Shown piece after piece: positions 8,512-16,472 of a stretch of DNA of 64,000 nucleotides. The DNA lies in IMG/VR virus record IMGVR_UViG_3300020595_003017, positions 96,001 to 160,000 of that record. One strand, written 5' to 3'. Made by a program: the position numbers and the translations under genes. Source of the stretch: a virus. Each line of letters begins with the position of its first letter. The stretch's first letter is position 1. The notes under the pieces are model-generated. The model worked only from the letters and a program-made list of their open reading frames with translations, had not been told where the DNA came from and did not search any database.

Positions 8512-8718
8512 ATGTCAGAGAACAAGAAACAGTGGAAATGCAATTTCAAGCTTGAGATTATCAGCAAAGAGGGAGCATCACTAGATGATTTTAATGCTTC
8601 CCTTGATAAATTTGTTAGTGATTGGATTGATGTTATCCCCGACACAGGAACAGCAGCACCGGAAAGTGCTATTGACTTCTGGCACGGCGGATTACACTTC
8701 CCACCAGACGAAGAGTAG
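8512..8718 (+). CDS. small acidic hypothetical protein
   Basis: 68 aa with GAGGG upstream. Confidence 0.65.
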   Translation: MSENKKQWKCNFKLEIISKEGASLDDFNASLDKFVSDWIDVIPDTGTAAPESAIDFWHGGLHFPPDEE

Positions 8719-8755
8719 AATTTAGGGAAACAAATAAATGAATAAACGACGATAA

Positions 8756-8918
8756 GTGTCAGGGTTAAACCCGAACCGATCTGGCAGGAAGCATAAAGAG
8801 CCAGCGTCCCTACCTTCAGTACCCACATACCTTTGAAGAGTTGCGTGTGGAAGACGGCTTGTAGGGTCAGATACAAATGTAACAGGAGTCCAGATGTACT
8901 TGGGCAAAAACTCTTCAC
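8756..8918 (+). ncRNA. candidate 6S-like (stem-bubble-stem) structured RNA
   Basis: Hand fold: interrupted closing stem 8756-8784/8890-8918, unpaired 23x23 nt bubble, terminal stem-loop 8808-8866 (CCCTAC/GTAGGG, CCACAT/GTGTGG). No credible + strand ORF. Strand assumed from the neighbours. Confidence 0.42.
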
Positions 8919-8922
8919 ATTT

Positions 8923-8999
<77 letters not shown>

Positions 9000-9009
9000 A
9001 GGAGTTATG

Positions 9010-9615
9010 ATGTTGAGAGTTTTAGGAAAATTACCAAGAGAACTGGTCGTCGCTGTCAGCGGCGGTCCAGACTCTATGGCTATCTTGGACTTTCTTAATA
9101 ACAGTCATAAAGTGACTGCCTATTATTTTGATCATGGAACAGAGTTTGGAGTTGAGGGTTATCGTTTCCTTAAGGACTATTGTGGAAAGAAAAATATTCC
9201 CTTAATTGTAGATTATATTTCTTCTTCCCGACCAAAGGGCAAATCCATGGAAGAGCACTGGCGTGATGAACGGTACAAATGCTTTCACGCTTTTGATTTT
9301 CCGGTTATCACGGGTCATCACTTAAACGATGTGATTGAGTGGTTTTTATTTTCTTCTATGCACGGACAGGGAAAAGTTATTCCCTACAAGAACAAAAACG
9401 TTTTTAGACCGTTTATCTCTACTCCTAAAAGCAAACTGCTTGACTGGTGTGAGCGCAAGGAAGTTCCTTATCTGGTTGATCCGGCAAACGAGAACCGAGA
9501 CTTCATGCGAAGCATTATTCGACACGATATTGTGCCCCATGCCGAAATGGTAAATCCAGGGATCGAAAAAACATTTAAAAAAATAGTAGAAAGGGAGTAT
9601 AATCTATTATACTAA
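9010..9615 (+). CDS. tilS: tRNA(Ile)-lysidine synthase, compact catalytic domain only
   Basis: VAVSGGPDSM PP-loop, DHG, E..WRDERY, TGHHLND..E, RPF, DPAN...RS.IRH. Start 9010 (or 9007) follows GGAG 9001-9004; the tracked start 8965 lies inside the tRNA. Confidence 0.92.
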   Translation: MLRVLGKLPRELVVAVSGGPDSMAILDFLNNSHKVTAYYFDHGTEFGVEGYRFLKDYCGKKNIPLIVDYISSSRPKGKSMEEHWRDERYKCFHAFDFPVITGHHLNDVIEWFLFSSMHGQGKVIPYKNKNVFRPFISTPKSKLLDWCERKEVPYLVDPANENRDFMRSIIRHDIVPHAEMVNPGIEKTFKKIVEREYNLLY

Positions 9616-9692
9616 GGGGGGTTAGCTCAATTGGTTAGAGCAACTGACTCATAATCAGTAGGTTCTAGGTTCAAGTCCTAGACCCCCTACCA
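9616..9692 (+). tRNA. tRNA with CAU anticodon, probably tRNA-Ile2 (lysidine substrate)
   Basis: Acceptor GGGGGGT/ACCCCCT, A73, CCA; arm ACTGA-CT CAT AA-TCAGT. Lacks the initiator GGG/CCC anticodon stem. Begins at the base after the tilS stop. Elongator Met is not excluded by sequence alone. Confidence 0.9.
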
Positions 9693-9693
9693 T

Positions 9694-9769
9694 GCCCGAA
9701 TAGCTCAATTGGCAGAGCAGTGGTTTTGTAAACCAAAGGTTGCAGGTTCAATTCCTGCTTTGGGCACCA
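9694..9769 (+). tRNA. tRNA-Thr(UGU)
   Basis: Acceptor GCCCGAA/TTTGGGC, loop TT TGT AA, encoded CCA. Confidence 0.96.
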
Positions 9770-9772
9770 TAA

Positions 9773-9847
9773 GCGGCTATCGTATAATGGCCATTACCTC
9801 AGGTTTCCAACCTGATGATCTCGGTTCGATCCCGAGTAGCCGCTCCA
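9773..9847 (+). tRNA. tRNA-Gly(UCC)
   Basis: Acceptor GCGGCTA/TAGCCGC, U73, arm TCAGG-TT TCC AA-CCTGA, encoded CCA. Confidence 0.96.
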
Positions 9848-9858
9848 AAAGGAAAAAA

Positions 9859-10347
9859 ATGTATAAAGATTTGATAACAGAAATTCCAAACTGGCCAAAA
9901 GAAGGTGTAACATTCAAGGATATAAGTCCGTTACTAAAATCAGATAGGTTTCACCAAGCGATACGAGACTTGGGAGAAAAGTTTAACAACCTCGATGAGG
10001 TTGATTTTTTTGTTGGCATTGACTCAAGAGGTTTTATATTTGCCTCTGCCTTAGCAACCATGTTTGGTAAGGGTGTGGTGCTAGCAAGAAAAAAAGGTAA
10101 ACTACCACCACCATTTGTCAGTGTACATTACGAACTGGAATATGGTAAGGACTATTTGCAGATGGGCAACGGCAGCGGAAACGTTATCATAGTTGATGAT
10201 GTTTTGGCTACTGGCGGAACCCTCAAAGCAACCCAGGAATTATGTAGGACGGCGGGCTACAACGTAATAGACTGTGGTGTTCTGATAGATTTAAAATTTT
10301 TACATGATGATGATATAAAAGCAAAAAGTGTTATAGAATATGAATAG
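9859..10347 (+). CDS. apt: adenine phosphoribosyltransferase
   Basis: IPNWPKEGVTFKDISPLL, GIDSRGFIF, ARKKGKLP, YELEYG and the PRPP loop IIVDDVLATGGT. Real start is ATG 9859; the tracked extension is tRNA sequence. Confidence 0.94.
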   Translation: MYKDLITEIPNWPKEGVTFKDISPLLKSDRFHQAIRDLGEKFNNLDEVDFFVGIDSRGFIFASALATMFGKGVVLARKKGKLPPPFVSVHYELEYGKDYLQMGNGSGNVIIVDDVLATGGTLKATQELCRTAGYNVIDCGVLIDLKFLHDDDIKAKSVIEYE

Positions 10348-10915
10348 AATAGTTGTATTGTGTGCTTTGCCAGAAGAGACACAAGGTTTAGTTGAGGAGT
10401 ATGTCCCTACGTTTTATACAGGCGTTGGAAAAGTTAATGCAACTATGACAGCTATGAGGTGTATTATAGATTACAACCCAGATTTGATTATAAACTTTGG
10501 CACTGCTGGCAGTAACAAGGTTGACCAAGGTACGTTAGTTGATTGCACTAATTTTATCCAAAGAGATATGCACATAAAAGAATTAGGATTTGATCTAGGG
10601 GTTACACCATTCGAAGATAAAGACACATCTTTATTATCTTTCCCTTCAGAAAACCCAATCAATAAAAGACTTACTTGTGGTACTGGCGATACGTTCGTTA
10701 GCGATATGAAAAACACTCCTTATGATGTTGTTGATATGGAATCATATGCTATCGCCAAATGCTGCTACGAGTGCGATATTGATTTTGTGTCTTTCAAATA
10801 TATTACTGATGGTGCTAATGATGATGCACCAAGTGATTGGAATGAAAACTGTAAAAACGGTGCGAATGCCTTTATTGAGGTTTTGCAAAAGTATTTGGAG
10901 AATAAAGATGAATAA
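10340..10915 (+). CDS. mtnN: 5'-methylthioadenosine/S-adenosylhomocysteine nucleosidase (PNP_UDP_1 fold)
   Basis: TGVGKVNA, INFGTAG, TGDTFV, VVDMESYAIA, KYITDGA. Confidence 0.85.
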   Translation: MNRIVVLCALPEETQGLVEEYVPTFYTGVGKVNATMTAMRCIIDYNPDLIINFGTAGSNKVDQGTLVDCTNFIQRDMHIKELGFDLGVTPFEDKDTSLLSFPSENPINKRLTCGTGDTFVSDMKNTPYDVVDMESYAIAKCCYECDIDFVSFKYITDGANDDAPSDWNENCKNGANAFIEVLQKYLENKDE

Positions 10916-11114
10916 TTTACTCAGAGCAGCGTTAAGTCATTACCAGGCACAAAAAGATGAGGCTATTGCCGTGCTTGAGATTTATTTCGAAAGTTCTGTA
11001 GGTATCGGAGAACACTCAAATTTATTAAAAGAAATTACAGAGTGGACAGAAAAACTTACCGATGCAGAAGAAAATATTGAAACTCTTAAAAAGTTTTATG
11101 AAATAAACGAATAG
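10908..11114 (+). CDS. small conserved phage hypothetical protein
   Basis: MNNLLRAALSHYQAQKDEA...GIGEHSNL resembles a short helical protein common in aquatic phages. Start ATG 10908 overlaps the mtnN stop. Confidence 0.75.
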   Translation: MNNLLRAALSHYQAQKDEAIAVLEIYFESSVGIGEHSNLLKEITEWTEKLTDAEENIETLKKFYEINE

Positions 11115-11143
11115 TTTAAGTTTACAAACTAATTACTATAAGA

Positions 11144-11239
11144 GTCAGATAGCTGACCAGTTCCTTTACTAAATGGTTATACTAAGTTCAGATTGGTGAC
11201 CCCAATCCTGATGGTGTAAATACCCATATTTAGGAGGAA
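11144..11239 (+). promoter_or_regulatory. structured 5' leader sequestering the SD of the 458-aa fibre-like gene
   Basis: TTCCTT(TA)CTAAAT (11161-11174) pairs with ATTTAGGAGGAA (11228-11239), covering AGGAGG. Hairpins GTCAG/CTGAC (11144-11157) and GATTGG/CCAATC (11191-11207). Confidence 0.5.
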
Positions 11240-11245
11240 AAAAAT

Positions 11246-12622
11246 ATGGCTTTTAGTACGTTCTCTGGTTCTAATTCAGGTAACCGAGCGTTTCAATTAA
11301 ATGGTGAAATCCTTGGTGGTGTCGTTGTTAGCGGTACTTTGTTTGGTGGTTTGCCTGTTTTTACTGGCTCAACCGACGGGATCCCGATTGCGGCACACGC
11401 CAAATATGCCCTCAGTAGATCATTCGCCGACAATGATGCCTCAGGTTCTATTATTCAGGCCCTCAATTATCTAGAGGCACGAGCCGGACTTTCCGGGGAT
11501 GTTACTTTTGTAAATGTTAACAATGCACTTCAAGAGTCTACTGGTTCTATACTTTTAGGTGACCCAAGTCGAACTGATACAATAAGTGGTTCGGGTCCAA
11601 TCAATATAGTTGGTGCAGGGTTCCTAGGTTCTTTAATAACAACTGGTTCGATATCTTCATCTGCCGGATCGTTGATCATTGGTGGTGGTACTACACTAAC
11701 CGGTCTGCTTGACGTTTCTGGTGTAATTACGGCTGCTGGAAACATTAGTTCTTCAGCCGCATTAATGATTGGTGGTGCTACTACACTAACCAACACGCTT
11801 GACGTTTCTGGTGCAGCAACGATTGTTGGTACCACTGCATTAAGAGGTAGATTGAATGTAACTGGTAATATTTCTGGTACTGCTGATGTTGCTGGTCAGG
11901 CATTAAAGATACAAGCTGGTGCAACTCTGACAGGTGCTTTAGTTCAACACGGTGGAACTACACTTCAAGGAGAACTTAGTTCTTCGGGTGGAGCAGTCTT
12001 CCTTGGTACAGTTATTACCAACACATTTGAAGCATCCAGTAGCCTCTTGGTAGCTGGCAACGCAGGGGTGACTGGTACTGTTCACGCTGGCAGTGACATT
12101 TCTGGTGCTGCTGATATTGCCGGACAGGAATTAAAAATCCAAGCTGGTTCAACCATCACTGGTAGTAGTGTATTCCACGGAGCCATATCGGGTGGCTTGG
12201 GCGCAACATTTGTAGAAGGTGTTATAGCATCAACACTTGAAGCATCCAGTAGTATTTTTTGTGGAGCATCAGTTGTTGTTACTGGCGCTAGTGGATTTGT
12301 TATGGCCACTTCAATGATTTCAAACCAAACAATTCTAGCTTCAACCTCTATGACTGGTGTTGTGGGCTTGAACCTTGGTGGTGAAAGTTTGATCAGAATC
12401 CACAATAATATTAAAGAGCCAGTTCTGAACGTTAGTGGTACTATTTTCGTTTCGGGTGCAGCATCAGCTAACCCAATCAAACTACAACTTGGTACTTCCG
12501 CTGCAAGTTGTAGTTTGGATATGATTCCATATATTCAAACAATGGGTGTTGATGAAGCGGGTAAATTAAAGTTGTTTAAGTTACAGATTTCTGGTGGTAT
12601 GTTCCAAGTTAGCGAAGCATAA
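11246..12622 (+). CDS. Gly/Ser/Thr-rich repetitive protein, probable virion fibre or decoration
   Basis: Strong SD, own terminator, low-complexity beta-type repeats (GGxTTLTxxLDVSG, GxISGxADxAGQxLKIQAG, xTxEASSS). Confidence 0.7.
   Translation: MAFSTFSGSNSGNRAFQLNGEILGGVVVSGTLFGGLPVFTGSTDGIPIAAHAKYALSRSFADNDASGSIIQALNYLEARAGLSGDVTFVNVNNALQESTGSILLGDPSRTDTISGSGPINIVGAGFLGSLITTGSISSSAGSLIIGGGTTLTGLLDVSGVITAAGNISSSAALMIGGATTLTNTLDVSGAATIVGTTALRGRLNVTGNISGTADVAGQALKIQAGATLTGALVQHGGTTLQGELSSSGGAVFLGTVITNTFEASSSLLVAGNAGVTGTVHAGSDISGAADIAGQELKIQAGSTITGSSVFHGAISGGLGATFVEGVIASTLEASSSIFCGASVVVTGASGFVMATSMISNQTILASTSMTGVVGLNLGGESLIRIHNNIKEPVLNVSGTIFVSGAASANPIKLQLGTSAASCSLDMIPYIQTMGVDEAGKLKLFKLQISGGMFQVSEA
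11681..11813 (+). repeat. intragenic direct repeat, 90-nt period
   Basis: GGTGGTG(G/C)TACTACACTAACC...GCTTGACGTTTCTGGTG at 11681-11723 and 11771-11813. Confidence 0.85.
11870..12148 (+). repeat. intragenic diverged repeat, 228-nt (76 aa) period
   Basis: ATTTCTGGT.CTGCTGAT.TTGC.GG.CAGG.ATTAAA.AT.CAAGCTGGT at 11870-11920 and 12098-12148. Confidence 0.8.
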
Positions 12623-12647
12623 CATAGCACTGACAAATTGTTTTATT

Positions 12648-12676
12648 AAAAAGGGGGCGCTTGCCCCCTTTTTTTT
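12648..12676 (+). terminator. intrinsic terminator, possibly bidirectional
   Basis: AAAAA-GGGGGC-GCTT-GCCCCC-TTTTTTTT. Confidence 0.9.
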
Positions 12677-12689
12677 GTCTATATATGAC

Positions 12690-13241
12690 ATGTCTCGACA
12701 ATTCAAAAAACTTACTCTGCAATATTCTTACCTCAAGATGGAAGTAGAAGACATAAAAGATGTTTGTGCCTCAGTTGAAAAAGATATACGCTCTTATATG
12801 AAGAAAAATTACCCTCAACATTATAAAGACTTTTTTGCAGATGATTCTAAAGTTTCAAATAAAGAACAAACAAGTGACGAAACAATTGAGAGTAAAATAA
12901 AAAATAAAGATCTTAAAAAATTGTATCGAAAAATAGCTTCAAAAATCCACCCAGATAAAACAAACAATAAAAAGGAATCAGACCTGTTTGCTCAAGCGGC
13001 TAAAGCATACTCAGAAAATAATGTTGGAAAAATATTAGAAATAGCAGGCTTGATTAATATAGAGATACCAGAATTATCTGATGATACTATTTCTCTTTTA
13101 CAAAACAATATAAATGAGGTATATAAAGAAATAGAGACAAGAAAGAAAAGTTCTGCATGGTTTTGGCACCATTCCAATACAGAGGAAGAAAAACTTAACA
13201 TCATTAACCAAATATTAGGATCAAAAGGAATATCTCTATGA
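12690..13241 (+). CDS. J-domain (DnaJ-like) co-chaperone
   Basis: LKKLYRKIASKIHPDK (HPD motif) followed by F.QAAKAY. Start moved to 12690, downstream of the terminator. Confidence 0.82.
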   Translation: MSRQFKKLTLQYSYLKMEVEDIKDVCASVEKDIRSYMKKNYPQHYKDFFADDSKVSNKEQTSDETIESKIKNKDLKKLYRKIASKIHPDKTNNKKESDLFAQAAKAYSENNVGKILEIAGLINIEIPELSDDTISLLQNNINEVYKEIETRKKSSAWFWHHSNTEEEKLNIINQILGSKGISL

Positions 13242-13510
13242 CAAACAAAAATATAAATGTAACAATCCATACGGATGATATCAGAAGAGTTGCTGACTCT
13301 AACCTAGGCCATGTTCTAAACAGGTTTATGTCTAAATATTCAAATAAGGTGTCAGACCTAGGCAATAACATGCATACAGAATCAAAAGAAAAAATTTTAA
13401 ATGATATGGCAGAATTGATATCCGTATTAGAAGGAACAATTCCTGAAATTGCTGCTATTGCTGCTTATGTTAATGAGATAGAGGACTTACCTGTCATCAC
13501 CGATACATAG
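13238..13510 (+). CDS. hypothetical protein
   Basis: 90 aa, ATGA-coupled; 3' end overlaps the convergent gene by 24 nt. Confidence 0.6.
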   Translation: MTNKNINVTIHTDDIRRVADSNLGHVLNRFMSKYSNKVSDLGNNMHTESKEKILNDMAELISVLEGTIPEIAAIAAYVNEIEDLPVITDT

Positions 13511-14743
13511 GTCCTCAAAAATTTGTCTAATTTGGATAAAAACCGTTTCAGAGTTTACGGCGGGAGTGAATAGCCTTCTTTGTTCTCCATGAACACACGC
13601 TAGAAATGTGTTATGATGCGGTTGTAAAGCAAAAACAAAAAGTTCAAAAAGTTCGTCTTGAGCGATTGAAGAAATTTCTGCGCAGTTCTTCCCCAAAACG
13701 GTTTGGGCTACTTCATCCGTCATCGTTATAATTACCTTTTGTGCCCCGGATCTCCAAGAAAAAGGATAAAGGGTCATCGACCAAAACATTGTATCGATGG
13801 TTGGTTCCACTCCAGAACTTTGTATCATTCTACCGGCTTCTAGGATGTCCAAAAACTCATCAGCCGGAACAAAGTCAGAGACCATTCTTGCGTACTGATA
13901 TGGAGGTCTTCTTTCTCCATTGCCTGCCGTACCTACAACAACCAGTCCAAAGCGAAATGTGCTCGTTATCGGGTCGTCTAAAAGCGGAGCAATACCTTGT
14001 ATCATTGATTCTATCTCTTCATTGAACGAACCAGAAATATCAAGAACAAAAACTAAATCTACACCACGGGTATCAAACCCTTCGTCTACTTCTCCATCAC
14101 AATCGTTATCTAGATTATCACAACGCTCTTGGGCTGGTAATATTTGACCATCACAAGGTCCGTCAAAGCCTCCATCTGTACAGTATCGAACACCAGCACG
14201 ACACTCTCCTACAGCCATAGTTCCATCTGGTCCTTCATAACAAACAATAGCTGTAGAATTGGCTATACCTTCATCTATTGATCCATTACAATTATTGTCG
14301 AGTCCATCACAGATCTCATCAGAGGGCCCAGTATGACCATCACAATAGACACCTCCATTGTCGCATTTCATCACACCTGGAGTGCATATGCCAACGCCAT
14401 AATCAGCGCCCTCAATAAATCCACATAGTTGATGTTCTTCTGGATATGTCTCATCTATAGCCACATCGCAATCATTATCTATACCATCACAAATTTCTTC
14501 TGCTGGTCCTCGTGCTCCTACACATTCTGACCAGCCGCTTGTCGTACAAGTTCTTAAGCCGTAAGAACATTGACCTGCCCTTTTTGCAACATCAATTGGA
14601 TCAGCAGCCGGAAAATCTTGACCCAACTCATCACAAACAAGTTTCTCGCCTGGTACACACTCAAGTCTTATGAGTTTTTCGTCGTCTATACATGCCGAAC
14701 AAGAAGTAAGTATCAGTGGCAATAATAAGACTAGCCGTTTCAT
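13487..14743 (-). CDS. lipoprotein with Cys/Asp-rich putative metal-binding (MopE-like) repeats and a C-terminal vWA domain
   Basis: Lipobox-like MKRLVLLLPLILTS-C; three repeats EICDGIDNDCD, EICDGLDNNCNG, ERCDNLDNDCDG; MIDAS FVLDISGS, EPT, ITMTDE. Confidence 0.85.
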   Translation of the reverse strand: MKRLVLLLPLILTSCSACIDDEKLIRLECVPGEKLVCDELGQDFPAADPIDVAKRAGQCSYGLRTCTTSGWSECVGARGPAEEICDGIDNDCDVAIDETYPEEHQLCGFIEGADYGVGICTPGVMKCDNGGVYCDGHTGPSDEICDGLDNNCNGSIDEGIANSTAIVCYEGPDGTMAVGECRAGVRYCTDGGFDGPCDGQILPAQERCDNLDNDCDGEVDEGFDTRGVDLVFVLDISGSFNEEIESMIQGIAPLLDDPITSTFRFGLVVVGTAGNGERRPPYQYARMVSDFVPADEFLDILEAGRMIQSSGVEPTIDTMFWSMTLYPFSWRSGAQKVIITMTDEVAQTVLGKNCAEISSIAQDELFELFVFALQPHHNTFLACVHGEQRRLFTPAVNSETVFIQIRQIFEDLCIGDDR

Positions 14744-15210
14744 TCCATTGTGGCCTCGACACAGGCATCATACGAATTGTAAAGAACCATTGTCATAGCC
14801 GTGCTATTGAAAACACGAAATCTAATTTGTTTAAGCGGAAGTTGATCTTTTCTATAAGATGCCGTCATTATTATAGGTGGTGATTCATCGGATTGTGTTG
14901 GGAGCTTAAAAGCAAACAGCAAAGAATTGCCGGGTCCATTCTGTAAGATACCAGCAATATAACCATCTTTAATAACTTCAGGAATGCCAATTTGGGCTGC
15001 GGCGTTGTCGCCGGGTTCAGTTGTTATACGATTACTGATGTGGACAACCCATTTACAATTACCGTGTTGACCCGGTGTATAGAATGTAGATTGTTTCGCA
15101 AATACGGTCTTGTAAAGACTGTTAGCTTTTATATGATAATGAAGCCCTATAGCAGACACTAAAGCTAGTATACTTAAAAGTGTAACTCTTTTAGTGAGAA
15201 AACTAAACAT
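14740..15210 (-). CDS. membrane-anchored or exported hypothetical protein
   Basis: N-terminal basic plus hydrophobic helix; ATGA coupling to the lipoprotein gene. Confidence 0.65.
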   Translation of the reverse strand: MFSFLTKRVTLLSILALVSAIGLHYHIKANSLYKTVFAKQSTFYTPGQHGNCKWVVHISNRITTEPGDNAAAQIGIPEVIKDGYIAGILQNGPGNSLLFAFKLPTQSDESPPIIMTASYRKDQLPLKQIRFRVFNSTAMTMVLYNSYDACVEATME

Positions 15211-15221
15211 AAAACCACCCC

Positions 15222-15503
15222 TTATTGGAGAGGATCTAACTCTAGTACCTCTCCGTTGGGAGATAAAGTAATGAAGGGCATTTTCTTTATCTCTTTATTA
15301 AGTATCTGGTTGTTGCTAGTTTTTGTTTTCTTTTCTATCCAGACAAGAATTTGAGTTTTTTCCTTAACTTGCCCTACATATGACCATTTTCCCTGTATTT
15401 TTTTCCAAACTTCAGGAAAATCAATAGGTTGACCCGAAAATAGTAAAATACCTGACAACATAACGCTGTTTAACATAAGATAATATTCCTTTAATGAATT
15501 CAT
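15222..15503 (-). CDS. hypothetical protein
   Basis: 93 aa, first gene of the minus-strand unit; one hydrophobic stretch. Confidence 0.55.
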   Translation of the reverse strand: MNSLKEYYLMLNSVMLSGILLFSGQPIDFPEVWKKIQGKWSYVGQVKEKTQILVWIEKKTKTSNNQILNKEIKKMPFITLSPNGEVLELDPLQ

Positions 15504-15555
15504 AACAAAGATTTACTGTGGATAATTAGTTCCCTTTCAATCTACTTACTTTATT

Positions 15556-16446
15556 ATGATTAAAAAAACACCTTTTTACGTTAAGTTTCTTATATTTTCG
15601 TTATTTTGCCTATCAAGTTGTGTCAGTGGTTGCACCACGATAAAAATTTCAAACGCAAGTCAGAAAGAAATTTTACCAAGAAATTCTTTTGTACAAATTC
15701 AACAATCTGTTGAGTTAGAGGGTTGTGGAATCGACCAAGAAACAAAAGAGAAAAAATGTCAAAAAGCAATGATGAGATATGTTTCGTCGGGTGCTTATGT
15801 TTTTCACAGCGAAGTAACTCAAGACATTTCTTATGTTTTAACTGCTGGTCACTCTTGTGAAAATAAACTACCCAAAGTCCAGAACATCAGAGGTTTTGAA
15901 ATACGGAATAAAGGGGCATCGTTTAAGGTTGTAGATCTTAACGGGTTTCAACATGATGCTAGGGTTGTAAATATTAATAATCGTTTTGATTTATGTCTAT
16001 TGCAGGTGTCAGATGTTTTAATGAACCCACCTGTTTTATCCCTAGCTGAAAATGAACCAAAAAGAGGAGAAACCGTAACTAATATGGCAGCACCTCATGG
16101 ACTTTTTTGGCCAGGAACAGTTTTAATATTCAAGGGTCAATTTTCTGGATATCATAATAAGGGATACTCTATCTATACAATCCCTACCAAGCCAGGCTCA
16201 AGTGGGTCGCCAGTACTTAATAAGAATAATGAATTAGTTGGCGTTATTTTTGCAGGCTACCCAATGATTGAAAACGTAGGGCTGTCTGCTCCTCTCGTAG
16301 CTATCAAGGTTTTTCTGAAAAAATCAATCGTAATAGGGGAAATGAGACTTTTCGAAAAAGATAACAAACCTAAAGTGAATACACAGATCGATAGGCTTTG
16401 GATTCAAAAAATGAAAACAAAACTTAATGAGGTTTTTGGTAACTAG
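15556..16446 (+). CDS. exported trypsin-like (S1 family) serine protease
   Basis: Catalytic triad motifs LTAGHSC, FDLCLL, PGSSGSPV; N-terminal signal/lipobox (LSSC or VSGC). Confidence 0.88.
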   Translation: MIKKTPFYVKFLIFSLFCLSSCVSGCTTIKISNASQKEILPRNSFVQIQQSVELEGCGIDQETKEKKCQKAMMRYVSSGAYVFHSEVTQDISYVLTAGHSCENKLPKVQNIRGFEIRNKGASFKVVDLNGFQHDARVVNINNRFDLCLLQVSDVLMNPPVLSLAENEPKRGETVTNMAAPHGLFWPGTVLIFKGQFSGYHNKGYSIYTIPTKPGSSGSPVLNKNNELVGVIFAGYPMIENVGLSAPLVAIKVFLKKSIVIGEMRLFEKDNKPKVNTQIDRLWIQKMKTKLNEVFGN

Positions 16447-16472
16447 ATATTTACCAGTGAGGAAATTATCTA

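Noticed and set aside
8756-8918. Hammerhead or HDV-like (theta) ribozyme, or degenerate tRNA, beside the tRNA cluster
   Set aside because: No CUGAUGA/GAAA core, no cloverleaf or T-loop, and it lies 5' of the tRNA; I could not build an HDV-type nested pseudoknot by hand. A covariance search is still needed.
9616-9692. Initiator tRNA-fMet
   Set aside because: No three consecutive G-C pairs in the anticodon stem and no C1:A72 mismatch.
9709-9858. N-terminal extension of the APRT ORF in the track
   Set aside because: It is tRNA-Thr and tRNA-Gly sequence; APRT homology starts at ATG 9859.
10722-10907. 5' part of tracked ORF 10722-11114; likewise the extensions of 12594, 19896, 25551 and 29611
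   Set aside because: They overlap upstream genes or a terminator; downstream starts have better SD or stop-start coupling.
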